A DNA stretch of 64,000 nucleotides from an uncultured Dehalococcoidia bacterium. GTDB lineage: Bacteria > Chloroflexota > Dehalococcoidia > Lucifugimonadales > UBA1127. The translations under genes were made by a program, and so were the position numbers. Each line of letters begins with the position of its first letter. Position 1 is the stretch's first letter. Where the stretch lies: contig CAJWXP010000002.1 of NCBI GenBank assembly GCA_913049785.1, positions 24,368 through 88,367 of the forward strand, in the 5' to 3' direction. Positions 17,895 to 27,356 of the stretch are shown in pieces. The notes beneath the pieces were generated by a model, which worked only from the letters and a program-made list of their open reading frames with translations, was not told the origin of the DNA and did not search any database.

Positions 17895-18893
17895 ATGCCG
17901 CAGCCGTTCTACTACGGTGGACAGGCCCTGATAGAGGGAGTGCTGATCCGGGGACAGCACAACGTCCGTATGGCTGTGCGTCGCCCTGACGGCGGCATCT
18001 GGACGGGCCCCCTGGCGCTCAGCCCCATCACCAACGGCCCACTGCGTCGCATACCACTGATCCGTGGCGTCATCGTCCTGGCGGAGTCCATGCTCATGGG
18101 CATCAAAGGGCTAAACCGCTCTGCGGAGATTGCCATGGCGGACCCTGAGGACGAGCCGGTCCCTGACGGTGAATCGCCGGAGATGGGCAAAGCCGAGCGC
18201 GTCACCATGGCCTTCTCCCTGGTCACTGCCCTGGTGCTGGGAGTAGGGATATTCTTCTTGCTACCGTTGCTTGGCGCACGCTCGCTTGATAGTTACATTG
18301 ACTCCTCAATCGTGAGCAACATGATCGAGGGGGGTATCCGCCTCGGCCTGCTCATCGGCTACATCTGGGCCATCGGCCACATCAAGGACATCCGGCGTGT
18401 CTTCGCCTACCACGGCGCTGAGCACATGACCATCCACGCTTACGAACACGGCGTTCCGCTGGTGCCAGAGGAGATAGAGAAGTTCTCCATGGCTCACCCA
18501 CGTTGCGGCACAGCCTTCCTTCTAACGGTGGTGCTGGTGTCCGTGCTGGTCTTCACCATGGTCGGTCGCCCGTCCATCATGATGGCCATCGTGTCTCGTG
18601 TGGCGCTGGTACCCGTTATCGCCGCCGTCAGCTACGAGTTCCTACGGTTCAGCGGCGCCCACAGCGAACGTCCCTGGGCACGCCTCCTGATATACCCCGG
18701 ACTGCTGCTTCAACGGCTCACGACACGCTGGCCTGATCGCTCGCAGATCGAGATCGCCGTGGCAGCTATGAACACTACCCTCGTCGCAGACGGCATCATC
18801 GATTCCGACCCGCGACTCGAAGTAACCCAGGACGGCCCTCTCCGAACTGAGTCGGCAGGGGATTCTCCCGACGCCGACGCCTCCACCGATTAA
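17895..18893 (+). CDS. DUF1385 family membrane-associated protein
   Basis: The motifs YGGQALIEGVLIRG, YHGAEH and HPRCGT are present. The position after rpmE is typical for this family. Confidence 0.8.
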   Translation: MPQPFYYGGQALIEGVLIRGQHNVRMAVRRPDGGIWTGPLALSPITNGPLRRIPLIRGVIVLAESMLMGIKGLNRSAEIAMADPEDEPVPDGESPEMGKAERVTMAFSLVTALVLGVGIFFLLPLLGARSLDSYIDSSIVSNMIEGGIRLGLLIGYIWAIGHIKDIRRVFAYHGAEHMTIHAYEHGVPLVPEEIEKFSMAHPRCGTAFLLTVVLVSVLVFTMVGRPSIMMAIVSRVALVPVIAAVSYEFLRFSGAHSERPWARLLIYPGLLLQRLTTRWPDRSQIEIAVAAMNTTLVADGIIDSDPRLEVTQDGPLRTESAGDSPDADASTD

Positions 18894-19032
18894 GGGTGAT
18901 GCTACCTACGCCCTGTGCTATACTGCACCGGGCTGTTTGGCAAGGACACCCAGAAGCGACGCAACTCATCATCCGTAACGTTTTATTGCGTCTATTGGAC
19001 TGAAAAAACAGCTTAAATCAGGAGAAATCATA

Positions 19033-20247
19033 ATGGCTTCGGAAATCACTGTCATACCTAACGGCTCAGTGACCAGCCCCCAGGGATTCACGGCGGGCGC
19101 AACCTATGCAGGCATTCGCGCCTATACGCCTGATAAAGTCGATCTTGGCATACTCTTCTCTGAACAGCCGACTACAGCTGCAGGTACCTATAGCACCAAC
19201 AAGATCCTCTCGCCCTCCGTCACCGTCACCAAGGAAAGCGTTGCCGGCGGGGTGACACGTGGCGTTATCGTCAACAGCGGTTGTGCAAACTGCGCTGTAG
19301 GTGATCAGGGGTATACGGACGCGCAGGAGATGGCATCGCTGGCGGCCGGTGTACTTGGGGTGGACCCATCAACCATGGCTGCCAGCAGCACCGGAATCAT
19401 CGGCGTTGAGCTGCCAATGGGCCTCATCCGCAACGCAATTGGCAACATCGAGCAGTCGCCTGATGGCGGGCACGACTTCGCCCGCTCCATCCTGACTACA
19501 GACACCGTCACCAAGGAGATAGCGGTCTCGTTCTCCGCCGGCGGCAAGAGGGTGACATTGGCCGGTTGTGCAAAGGGTTCCGGCATGATCCACCCCAACA
19601 TGGCAACGATGCTGTCTTACCTGACCACAGACGCCCAGGTGGATGCAGCTTTTCTGCAGGAAACCCTTGGCGTGGTGGTGGACTCCACCTTCAACATGAT
19701 CGACATCGACGGCGATTCAAGCACCAACGATACTGTGCTACTCCTGGCCAACGGCGCTTCAGGCGTTACGTTGAGCAAGGGGACGCCGGAAGGCGATACC
19801 TTTACGGCTGCACTGCTGGAAGTCTGCACCCACCTGGCGCGTGAGATGGTCAGGGACGGCGAGGGTGCGACGAAGCTCATCGAAGTGACGGTAGAGGGCG
19901 CGGAGAGCGTGTCCGATGCTCGCTTGGCTGCCCGTTCTGTTGCCAGCTCAATACTAGTGAAGACGGCCATCCACGGCAACGATCCGAACTGGGGCCGCAT
20001 CATAATGGCCCTGGGGAAGAGCGGCGCGGAGATGGTTGAGAAGAACATCGGCCTCTACATCAACGATATTTGCATCATGGAGAGCGGCCTGCCCATTCCT
20101 GTTTTCCGGGAATCCCTGATCGCATCCATGCAGGGCACGGAGGTTCGCATCCTGGCAAAGTTGAACATTGGCTCGGGTGCTGCAACGGGCTGGGGCTGCA
20201 ACATGAGCGAGGAGTTCGTCACCTTCAACAGCGCCTACACCACATAG
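19033..20247 (+). CDS. argJ: Bifunctional ornithine acetyltransferase / N-acetylglutamate synthase
   Basis: The autoprocessing site KGSGMIHPNMATMLSYLTTDA and the C-terminal NSAYTT are present. Confidence 0.93.
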   Translation: MASEITVIPNGSVTSPQGFTAGATYAGIRAYTPDKVDLGILFSEQPTTAAGTYSTNKILSPSVTVTKESVAGGVTRGVIVNSGCANCAVGDQGYTDAQEMASLAAGVLGVDPSTMAASSTGIIGVELPMGLIRNAIGNIEQSPDGGHDFARSILTTDTVTKEIAVSFSAGGKRVTLAGCAKGSGMIHPNMATMLSYLTTDAQVDAAFLQETLGVVVDSTFNMIDIDGDSSTNDTVLLLANGASGVTLSKGTPEGDTFTAALLEVCTHLAREMVRDGEGATKLIEVTVEGAESVSDARLAARSVASSILVKTAIHGNDPNWGRIIMALGKSGAEMVEKNIGLYINDICIMESGLPIPVFRESLIASMQGTEVRILAKLNIGSGAATGWGCNMSEEFVTFNSAYTT

Positions 20248-20308
20248 CTTCATGTTGAATGTGGGAACTCCTTGAAGTGGAACAACGTCGTATTGAACAG
20301 AACACACA

Positions 20309-21118
20309 TTGGACAGGCACATTGTGAGTGATTCAGTAACGCAACGGCCCACCGTGGTCAAGATCGGTGGCAGCACCCTGGGAAGTGGCGACACTACGTT
20401 GGAAGACGTGGTGGCTATGCAGAAACAGGGCTATGCGCCGGTCATTGTCCACGGTGGGGGCAAAGTGATAAACCAGTGGATGGAGCGTTCCGGCGCTGCG
20501 CCTAACTTTGTGCGAGGGATGCGGGTCACGGACCAGCCGACCCTGGATATCGTGGTGGCAGTCCTGACCGGGTTGGTGAACAAGCAGCTCGTCACGTCCA
20601 TGCTGGCTCTTGGAGGCAAGGCGATCGGCCTTAGCGGTGTAGACGGCGGCATCCTCCAGGCAACCACCCTCGACCCGGAGCTTGGCTATGTGGGAAAAAT
20701 CGTCGCGGTGAACCCTGTTCCGGTCCAGGAGATGCTGTCGACGGGGTGGATTCCCATCATCGCTCCGGTAGCTACGGGCTACATCGGAGAAGGGGTCGAA
20801 TCGGAATCGCTCTACAACATCAACGGCGATGTGGCCGCAGGAGAGCTTGCGGCTGCCCTTGATGCGGAGCGCCTGATCTACCTGACGGACGTAGAAGGGG
20901 TTATGGACGCATCGAAACGCACGATACCGCGCCTGCTACCTGAGCAGGCCCGGGCGCTGATAGAGAGTAAGATTGCCGCAGGCGGCATGATTCCTAAGCT
21001 GGAAGCATGTTTGAATGCACTGCCTAAGGTGGGCTCAGCACAGATCCTGGATGGTAGGCGGGCCCATTCGTTGATGGAGTGCCTTGATGGCAAGGTGAAC
21101 GGCACAAGGGTCGGATAG
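20309..21118 (+). CDS. argB: Acetylglutamate kinase
   Basis: The motifs VVKIGGS, VIVHGGG and the INGD region are present. The start is uncertain: TTG at 20309 or GTG at 20324. Confidence 0.9.
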   Translation: MDRHIVSDSVTQRPTVVKIGGSTLGSGDTTLEDVVAMQKQGYAPVIVHGGGKVINQWMERSGAAPNFVRGMRVTDQPTLDIVVAVLTGLVNKQLVTSMLALGGKAIGLSGVDGGILQATTLDPELGYVGKIVAVNPVPVQEMLSTGWIPIIAPVATGYIGEGVESESLYNINGDVAAGELAAALDAERLIYLTDVEGVMDASKRTIPRLLPEQARALIESKIAAGGMIPKLEACLNALPKVGSAQILDGRRAHSLMECLDGKVNGTRVG

Positions 21119-21133
21119 CACAAGGAGCGCTGG

Positions 21134-23899
21134 ATGACTTCCAATTTTGGTGGTTTTCCCAACATAGGCCAACCCGGCCAGGCGGGGCCTCCACAAATCC
21201 CGTGGAAGCTTGTTTCCATTTGGGGCGGGGGAATCGGGTTCGTGGTAGGCATCCTGGCGCTGACGGCGTGGATCCTTAGCATCTTCACCAACTTCCTTTG
21301 GTTCGATAACCTCGGCTACGGAGACGTCTACAAGACCATCCTTATTCAGCGCATCTGGTTGTTTTTTGTCGGCGCGCTGCTCTTTGCCGCTATCGCCGGG
21401 TTCAACGTCTGGCTCACCTACAGGTACGGTAGAGGGCCACAGGTCATACCCATCCCTGAAGAAACGTTAGAGCTGCTCAGGCCTCTAACCCTGGTAGGAG
21501 CCATCTTTATCATCGTTGTAGCATCGCTTATATTCGGAGGCGTCGCGGGCAGCAGGTGGCCTACCGTCCTGGGATTCATGCACTCCACCCCCTTCAATGT
21601 GACGGATCCCCAGTTCAACAAGGACATCTCCTTTTTTGTCTTCACTCTGCCGCTTCACCACCTCGTCCAGGGCTGGCTTCTTGGGGCGATGATCGTCTCA
21701 ATGCTCATGACCGTGGCGATGTATTTCATCCACTTCAGCCTGCGAGGCGCAGTCTTTTCCATGACCATCCCGGTGCGCGTCCATATCTCCGTTTTGGGTG
21801 CGCTGCTCCTCTTCCTGTTCGGATACGGATACTGGTTGAGCATCTATGACCAGGTGTTCTCCACGGGCGGTGCGGTTGTTGGAGCTACGTACGCAGACGT
21901 CAATGCAGGGATACCGGCGTTGCGCATCCTGATCGTCATTGTGGTGGCCGGCGGGTTGCTGCTGTTGGCAAACGCCTTCTGGTTCCGTGGCGTTCGACTG
22001 ATGGTGGGCATCGGGGGGCTCTGGCTCGGCTCAATGATCATCCTTGTGTTCCTTGTCCCTGCGAGTGTGCAACGGTTCCAGGTGGAGCCTTCTGAGCTGG
22101 AGAAGGAACGTGAGTTCATTGCCAGAAACATCGAGGCCACCAGAGTAGCATTCGGCCTGAACCTGATTGAGGAGTCCCCGTATCAGATCAGCGATACTCC
22201 CAGAATCACAGAGGAGATTGTGGATTCTAACCTCGGGACCATCAACAACCTCCGCCTCTGGGACCATCGCCCGTTCCTGGACACATTGAACCAGATCCAG
22301 TTCATCCGCCTGTACTACGATTTCCAGGACGTTGACGTGGACAGGTACACCATAGACGGTGAGTATAAACAGCTTATGGTGAGCGCCAGAGAGCTCTCGC
22401 CAGAGAGGCTGCCGGAAGAGGCTCAGCGCTGGGTCAACCGCAAGCTGCAGTTCACCCACGGGTTCGGCGTCGTGGCTGCGCCGGTGACGGATTTCACCGA
22501 CGATGGTAAGCCGGAATTTGTCCTGAAGGACGTACCACCCGTTGGGAAGATTCCCATCACCCGCCCTGAGGTCTACTACGGCGAGAACACTCGCGACTAC
22601 GTGGTGGTCAACTCGTCGGTGGAGGAGTTCTCGTACCCAACGGAGACTGATATCCCCGTGTATGCTCGTTACGAAGGCCATGGCGGCGTGCCCATCAGTG
22701 GCTTCGTGCGCAAATTTGCTTATGGGTGGAAGTTCAGGGACATTAACCTGTTCATCAGCGGTGAGATCACTGAAGGCAGCCGTATCCAGTACAACCGCAA
22801 CATCCAGGACAGGGTGCGTGAAGTAGCGCCTTTCCTTGTGCTGGATAGTGACCCGTACGTGGTGGTGGTAAACGGTGAGCTTCAGTGGATTCAGGACGCT
22901 TACACGGTGACTGATCTGTATCCCTACTCGACTCCCTTTAATGGCGAGTTGGGATCATTCAACTACATTCGCAACAGCGTGAAAATCGTCATGAACGCCT
23001 ACCAGGGCGACCTGACCTTCTACATCATCGATCAGGACGACCCCATGGCACAGACCTACGCCAAGATGTTCCCGTCCCTTTTCCTGCCGTTTGATGATAT
23101 CGACGAGCTGCACCCCGGCTTGCGTGAGCACATCCGCTATCCGGAAGGACTCTTTGAGACCCAGGCGGAACAGTATCTGCAGTACCACATGACGGACACC
23201 ACGGTGTTCTTCAACAAGGAAGACCAGTGGAGCGTACCGCAGGAAACGTTCTTCGGCGCGCCCCAGACCATGCAGCCTTATTACCTGATAATGAAGCTAC
23301 CCGATCAAGTCGAGCAGGAATTCGTGTTGCTGCTGCCCTTCACACCGGCAGACAGGCCCAATATGGTCTCCTGGCTGGCTGCTCGGAACGATGGTGAGCA
23401 CTACGGAAAGCTTGTGAACTTTGTGTTCCCAAGGGGCAGGCAGTTGGACGGCCCGTTGCAGGTTGAGGCCCGCATCGATAACGATCCTGAGATCTCCCAG
23501 CAGTTCACTCTGTGGGGTCAGGTAGGATCCCAGGTACTTCGGGGAAACCTGCTGGTGGTGCCGATCGACAATACCATCCTCTACGTTGAGCCGGTGTTCC
23601 TCCAGGCAGATAGCCTGGCGTTCCCGCAACTCAAGCAGATTATCGTGTCAGACGCCGGCGAAGTGGTCATGCGTCCGACCCTGAAGGAAGCGCTGGACGC
23701 GTTGACCGCCTCGAAGAAGAGAGCGCCGTCGTTCGATGACCCGTTGAAACCAGGGGACGATCCTCCCACGGAGGCTGAGATATTACGAGATGCTATCGGT
23801 GACGCCACGGGCGCGATTGACGCGTTGGACGAGGCATTGCAACAGCTGAAAGAGTCACTTGAACAGTTGAACCAACTAGCAGAGGGGGAAACACGGTGA
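21134..23899 (+). CDS. UPF0182 family large membrane protein
   Basis: 921 aa. An N-terminal multi-TM block (FLWFDNLGY...) is followed by a large soluble domain (YYDFQDVDVDRY, LQFTHGFG, YIRNSVK..NAYQG). An AAGGAG SD lies 15 nt after the argB stop. The 3' end overlaps the argD start (GTGA). Confidence 0.85.
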   Translation: MTSNFGGFPNIGQPGQAGPPQIPWKLVSIWGGGIGFVVGILALTAWILSIFTNFLWFDNLGYGDVYKTILIQRIWLFFVGALLFAAIAGFNVWLTYRYGRGPQVIPIPEETLELLRPLTLVGAIFIIVVASLIFGGVAGSRWPTVLGFMHSTPFNVTDPQFNKDISFFVFTLPLHHLVQGWLLGAMIVSMLMTVAMYFIHFSLRGAVFSMTIPVRVHISVLGALLLFLFGYGYWLSIYDQVFSTGGAVVGATYADVNAGIPALRILIVIVVAGGLLLLANAFWFRGVRLMVGIGGLWLGSMIILVFLVPASVQRFQVEPSELEKEREFIARNIEATRVAFGLNLIEESPYQISDTPRITEEIVDSNLGTINNLRLWDHRPFLDTLNQIQFIRLYYDFQDVDVDRYTIDGEYKQLMVSARELSPERLPEEAQRWVNRKLQFTHGFGVVAAPVTDFTDDGKPEFVLKDVPPVGKIPITRPEVYYGENTRDYVVVNSSVEEFSYPTETDIPVYARYEGHGGVPISGFVRKFAYGWKFRDINLFISGEITEGSRIQYNRNIQDRVREVAPFLVLDSDPYVVVVNGELQWIQDAYTVTDLYPYSTPFNGELGSFNYIRNSVKIVMNAYQGDLTFYIIDQDDPMAQTYAKMFPSLFLPFDDIDELHPGLREHIRYPEGLFETQAEQYLQYHMTDTTVFFNKEDQWSVPQETFFGAPQTMQPYYLIMKLPDQVEQEFVLLLPFTPADRPNMVSWLAARNDGEHYGKLVNFVFPRGRQLDGPLQVEARIDNDPEISQQFTLWGQVGSQVLRGNLLVVPIDNTILYVEPVFLQADSLAFPQLKQIIVSDAGEVVMRPTLKEALDALTASKKRAPSFDDPLKPGDDPPTEAEILRDAIGDATGAIDALDEALQQLKESLEQLNQLAEGETR

Positions 23900-25104
23900 A
23901 CCAGTACATAGAGACAGAGAAGCAGTTCTACATGGGCACGGTCCGCCGTCAGCCCGTGGTCATCGAACGTGGCCAGGGTACCCGAGTCTGGGACACGGAC
24001 GGCAAAGAGTATCTGGACTTCACTGCCGGTTGGGCCGTGGACTGCTTGGGCCACTCCGCTCCGGTGATGGTTGAAGCCATTTCAAAGCAGGCTGCCACGT
24101 TGATTCAGACATCAAACCAGTTCTACACGCTGCCGCAACTCCAACTGGTGGAGTGGCTGGTGAAGAACAGTTGCCTGGACAAGGTCTTCCTGTGCAACAG
24201 CGGCGCAGAGGCCAACGAGGGCGCGATCAAGCTAGCCCGGAAATACGGGAGAGATAACCGTAACGGCGCTGTGGAGATCATCACCGCTATCGATTCGTTC
24301 CACGGACGCACAACGGGTGCGCTGGCCGCTACGGGCAACGCCAATTATCAGGCCAACTTCCTCCCGCTGATGACAGGCTTCGTACACGTGCCTTTCGGGG
24401 ACATCGATGCCATCAAGGCTGCCACCAACGAGGGCACCTGCGCCGTGATGCTGGAGCCTGTTCAGGGCGAGGGTGGTGTTATCTCCCCGCCTGATGGCTA
24501 TCTCAAGGCGGTACGACAGTGGTGCGACGAACAGGGCATCCTCCTGATCCTCGATGAGATCCAGACGGGCGTTGGTAGACTCGGCACCATGTGGGGCTAT
24601 GAGCAGTTCGACATCGAGCCTGACGTTATGACCATCGCGAAGGCCATGGGTGGCGGAGTGCCTATCGGCGCATTCCTGTGCAAAGACGCGTGCGACGTGC
24701 TTCGCCCCGGCGACCACGGCAGCACTTACGGCGGCAATGCACTGACCTGTGCTGCATCCTACGCTGTCCTCAACCACGTGAAGGAAGAGGGCCTGGTAGA
24801 GCATGGCAGGCTGATGGGAGAGCGGTTGAAGGGCAAGCTGGAAGAGGTCAAAGCCCGGCATGAGACAACCATCAAGGAAGTTCGCGGTATGGGCCTCCTG
24901 CTAGCGGTGGAGTTCTATGAGCCCATATCCGGGGAGCTGGTCACGTCCTGCAACGCGGGCGGGCTACTCCTGAACCCCGTGCGCCCCACTGCTGTGCGCT
25001 TCATGCCTCCCCTGAACATCTCGGAGCCGGAAGTGGACATCGCTGTGGACCGGTTTGAGCGGTCCCTTGAGGACGCGCTTCAACGGATAGAAAAAGCTAA
25101 ATAG
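23896..25104 (+). CDS. argD: Acetylornithine aminotransferase
   Basis: A class III aminotransferase with the motifs LCNSGAEANEGAIK, DEIQTG.GR.G and the PLP lysine region TIAKAMGGG. GTG start. Confidence 0.92.
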   Translation: MNQYIETEKQFYMGTVRRQPVVIERGQGTRVWDTDGKEYLDFTAGWAVDCLGHSAPVMVEAISKQAATLIQTSNQFYTLPQLQLVEWLVKNSCLDKVFLCNSGAEANEGAIKLARKYGRDNRNGAVEIITAIDSFHGRTTGALAATGNANYQANFLPLMTGFVHVPFGDIDAIKAATNEGTCAVMLEPVQGEGGVISPPDGYLKAVRQWCDEQGILLILDEIQTGVGRLGTMWGYEQFDIEPDVMTIAKAMGGGVPIGAFLCKDACDVLRPGDHGSTYGGNALTCAASYAVLNHVKEEGLVEHGRLMGERLKGKLEEVKARHETTIKEVRGMGLLLAVEFYEPISGELVTSCNAGGLLLNPVRPTAVRFMPPLNISEPEVDIAVDRFERSLEDALQRIEKAK

Positions 25105-25140
25105 CAGGATTCATCCTGCACCTGGGCTCCTTGACGGCCC
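25104..25140 (+). repeat. Family-A repeat variant
   Basis: The sequence gcaggattcatcctgc acctgggctccttgacggccc overlaps the last base of the argD TAG. A second tail-like copy (ctccctgacgg) follows at about 25159. Confidence 0.55.
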
Positions 25141-25241
25141 CCCTGAGCGGGGAAACAAGCTCCCTGACGGAAAAACGGGCAGTGGCCTACAAGTACATCT
25201 GAAAACTTTGGAAGCTTCAGCAGAAGAGTAGGACAGTAAGA

Positions 25242-26447
25242 ATGGCAAAACATAAGGTAGTACTGGCATACAGTGGCGGCCTGGACACGTCTGTCGCCAT
25301 ACCCTGGATCAAAGAGCGATATGACGCAGAGGTCATCACGCTTACGGCGGAGCTCGGGCAGGGTCGGGACATGGAAGAGATACGACTGAAAGCCCTCAAG
25401 ACAGGCGCTGAGAAAGCCATTGTCATGGATGGCCAGGAAGAGTTCGTCGAGCGGTTCGTTTGGCCAGCCCTCCGTGCAGGGACGATCTATGAGGCACAGT
25501 ACCCCCTGGCGACTGCGCTGGCTCGTCCCCTCATCGCTGAGTATATGGCGAAGGTGGCGCTGGAAGAGGGCGCAATGTACGTGGCCCACGGCTGCACCGG
25601 TAAGGGCAACGACCAGGTGCGTTTCGATGTCAGCGTTGCAGCTCTGGCGCCTCAGCTGCAGGTCATCGCTCCTGCTCGCGAATGGGGGATGAGTCGTGAC
25701 CAGGAGATGGAGTACGCCGCCCAGCATGGCGTCCCTGTCCCCAACACCAAAGCCAACCCCTACTCCGTTGACGAGAACCTGTGGGGTCGCTCCGTAGAGG
25801 CGGGGATACTGGAAGACCCGTGGAACGAGCCGCCGGAAGACATCTACTTCATGACGAAGTCCGTGGCGGACGCCCCTGAGACACCGACCTATTTGGAGAT
25901 CGAGTTCGTGAACGGCACGCCCGTGGCCATCAACGGCGAGACCCTAAGCGGTCTGGCGATTGTGAACCACATCAACACCATTGCAGGGGAGCATGGCGTT
26001 GGCCGCATAGACCATCTGGAAAATCGACTGGTTGGCATCAAGTCGCGTGAGATCTACGAGGCTCCTGCAGGCGTGGTGCTCCACGATGCACATCGCGCGT
26101 TGGAGACCCTGACCCTGGGCAAGGAGCAGATGCGGTTCAAGGAGCTGGTGGGTCAGCAGTATGCAGACCTGGTCTACAACGGCCTCTGGTTCTCCAGGCA
26201 CCGTGAGGACTTGGACGCCTATGTGGACAGCACCCAGGAGTTCGTATCCGGAACGGTGCGGGTGAAGCTGCACAAAGGCTCATGCAACGTAGTCGGTCGC
26301 AAGTCGCCCCACGCCCTCTACGACTATGGTCTGGCTACGTATGACGAGGCGGACGTGTTCGACCATCAGGCATCGGTCGGTTTCATCAAGGTCTTTGGCC
26401 TACCGGTCCGAACGCAGGCTCGCCTCCAACCACGCCAGAAGGGCTAG
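25242..26447 (+). CDS. argG: Argininosuccinate synthase
   Basis: The motifs AYSGGLDTS, HGCTGKGNDQVRF and ENRLVG.KSRE are present. Confidence 0.95.
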   Translation: MAKHKVVLAYSGGLDTSVAIPWIKERYDAEVITLTAELGQGRDMEEIRLKALKTGAEKAIVMDGQEEFVERFVWPALRAGTIYEAQYPLATALARPLIAEYMAKVALEEGAMYVAHGCTGKGNDQVRFDVSVAALAPQLQVIAPAREWGMSRDQEMEYAAQHGVPVPNTKANPYSVDENLWGRSVEAGILEDPWNEPPEDIYFMTKSVADAPETPTYLEIEFVNGTPVAINGETLSGLAIVNHINTIAGEHGVGRIDHLENRLVGIKSREIYEAPAGVVLHDAHRALETLTLGKEQMRFKELVGQQYADLVYNGLWFSRHREDLDAYVDSTQEFVSGTVRVKLHKGSCNVVGRKSPHALYDYGLATYDEADVFDHQASVGFIKVFGLPVRTQARLQPRQKG

Positions 26448-26465
26448 CCCTTCACCCATATGGCC
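26439..26465 (+). repeat. Family-A repeat copy with the argG stop codon in the hairpin loop
   Basis: The sequence reads aagggcTAGccctt cacccatatggcc. Confidence 0.65.
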
Positions 26466-26484
26466 TGCCGGTTTTCAGTCTAGT

Positions 26485-26510
26485 GTGTCATTCTGGAGGA
26501 GCGATGTGCA
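26485..26510 (+). repeat. Solo GTGTCATTCTG-type repeat
   Basis: The sequence gtgtcattctggaggagcgatgtgca has the same 11-mer as both arms of the element at 44114-44212. Confidence 0.4.
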
Positions 26511-26549
26511 GGCATTCATGTAGCCTAGAGATACTCAGGAGGTTTTGCA

Positions 26550-26867
26550 ATGGCAGACAAAGCAAAGTTCATATACATCGCGGCGATGGACGTAGACGCA
26601 GACAAAGAGGATGCGTTCAACGAGATCTATGACACCGAGCACATCCCCACAATCCTCAAGGTGCCCGGGGTGGTGAGCGCGACGCGGTATGAGGTCGTCG
26701 ATGGGCAGCCGAAGTACATGGCTGTCTACGAGGTGGAGACTCCTGAGCTGCCTGACAGCGACATCTTCCGTGCAGCCACCAACGAGGGTCGGTGGCCTGA
26801 TGAGATCAGGCCGTACACCAGGAACCGCTATCACGCGGTGTACAAGGTCATTGAGCCGTCGAGCTAA
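26550..26867 (+). CDS. Small alpha+beta barrel-like protein (EthD/DUF4286-like; tentative)
   Basis: 105 aa with an AGGAGG SD. The pattern YIAAMDV..EDAFNEIYDTEHIP...V.G...ATRYE is reminiscent of the dimeric ferredoxin-like fold. The family assignment is unverified. Confidence 0.55.
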   Translation: MADKAKFIYIAAMDVDADKEDAFNEIYDTEHIPTILKVPGVVSATRYEVVDGQPKYMAVYEVETPELPDSDIFRAATNEGRWPDEIRPYTRNRYHAVYKVIEPSS

Positions 26868-26885
26868 TGGCAAAGAGTAAAAACC

Positions 26886-27356
26886 ATGATCTATGAAGCA
26901 AAAGACAACTACGGTCGCTATCTGGAAGAGTTCCAGGTGGGTGATGTCTATCGCCATTGGCCTGGGAAGACCATCACGGAGAGCGACAACAACCTCTTTT
27001 GCCTTCTGACCATGAACCACAATCCACTGCACCTCGACGCTAACGTCATGTCGGAGCACCAGCATGGCCGCATTCTGGTTGCTGGTCCGTTTGTGCTGAG
27101 CCTGGCAGTGGGAATGAGCGTGTCGGACACATCCGGCCGGGCGATCGCCAACCTTGAGTACGAAAAAGTGGTGCATGATGCACCGGTCTTCGCTGACGAT
27201 ACTATCTACGCTGAGAGCGAAGTGTTGGAAGTCCGGGATTCCGCGTCGAAGCCTGACCGTGGCATCGTGGCCATCGAGACTCGCGTCCACAACCAGCGTA
27301 ACGAGCGCGTGCTGACGTACCGTCGTCGCTTCCTCGCCCCGAAGAAAGGTGCGTAA
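26886..27356 (+). CDS. MaoC-like (R)-hydratase / hotdog-fold dehydratase
   Basis: The hotdog core includes ITESDNNLFCLLTMNHNPLHLD. 156 aa. The stop overlaps the argH start (TAATG). Confidence 0.8.
   Translation: MIYEAKDNYGRYLEEFQVGDVYRHWPGKTITESDNNLFCLLTMNHNPLHLDANVMSEHQHGRILVAGPFVLSLAVGMSVSDTSGRAIANLEYEKVVHDAPVFADDTIYAESEVLEVRDSASKPDRGIVAIETRVHNQRNERVLTYRRRFLAPKKGA

Noticed and set aside
18894-19032. There might be an ArgR operator (ARG box) upstream of argJ.
   Set aside because: No TGAAT-N4-ATTCA-like palindrome was found. Only the weak stem gacgcaa-N20-ttgcgtc is present, which is not enough to call a site.
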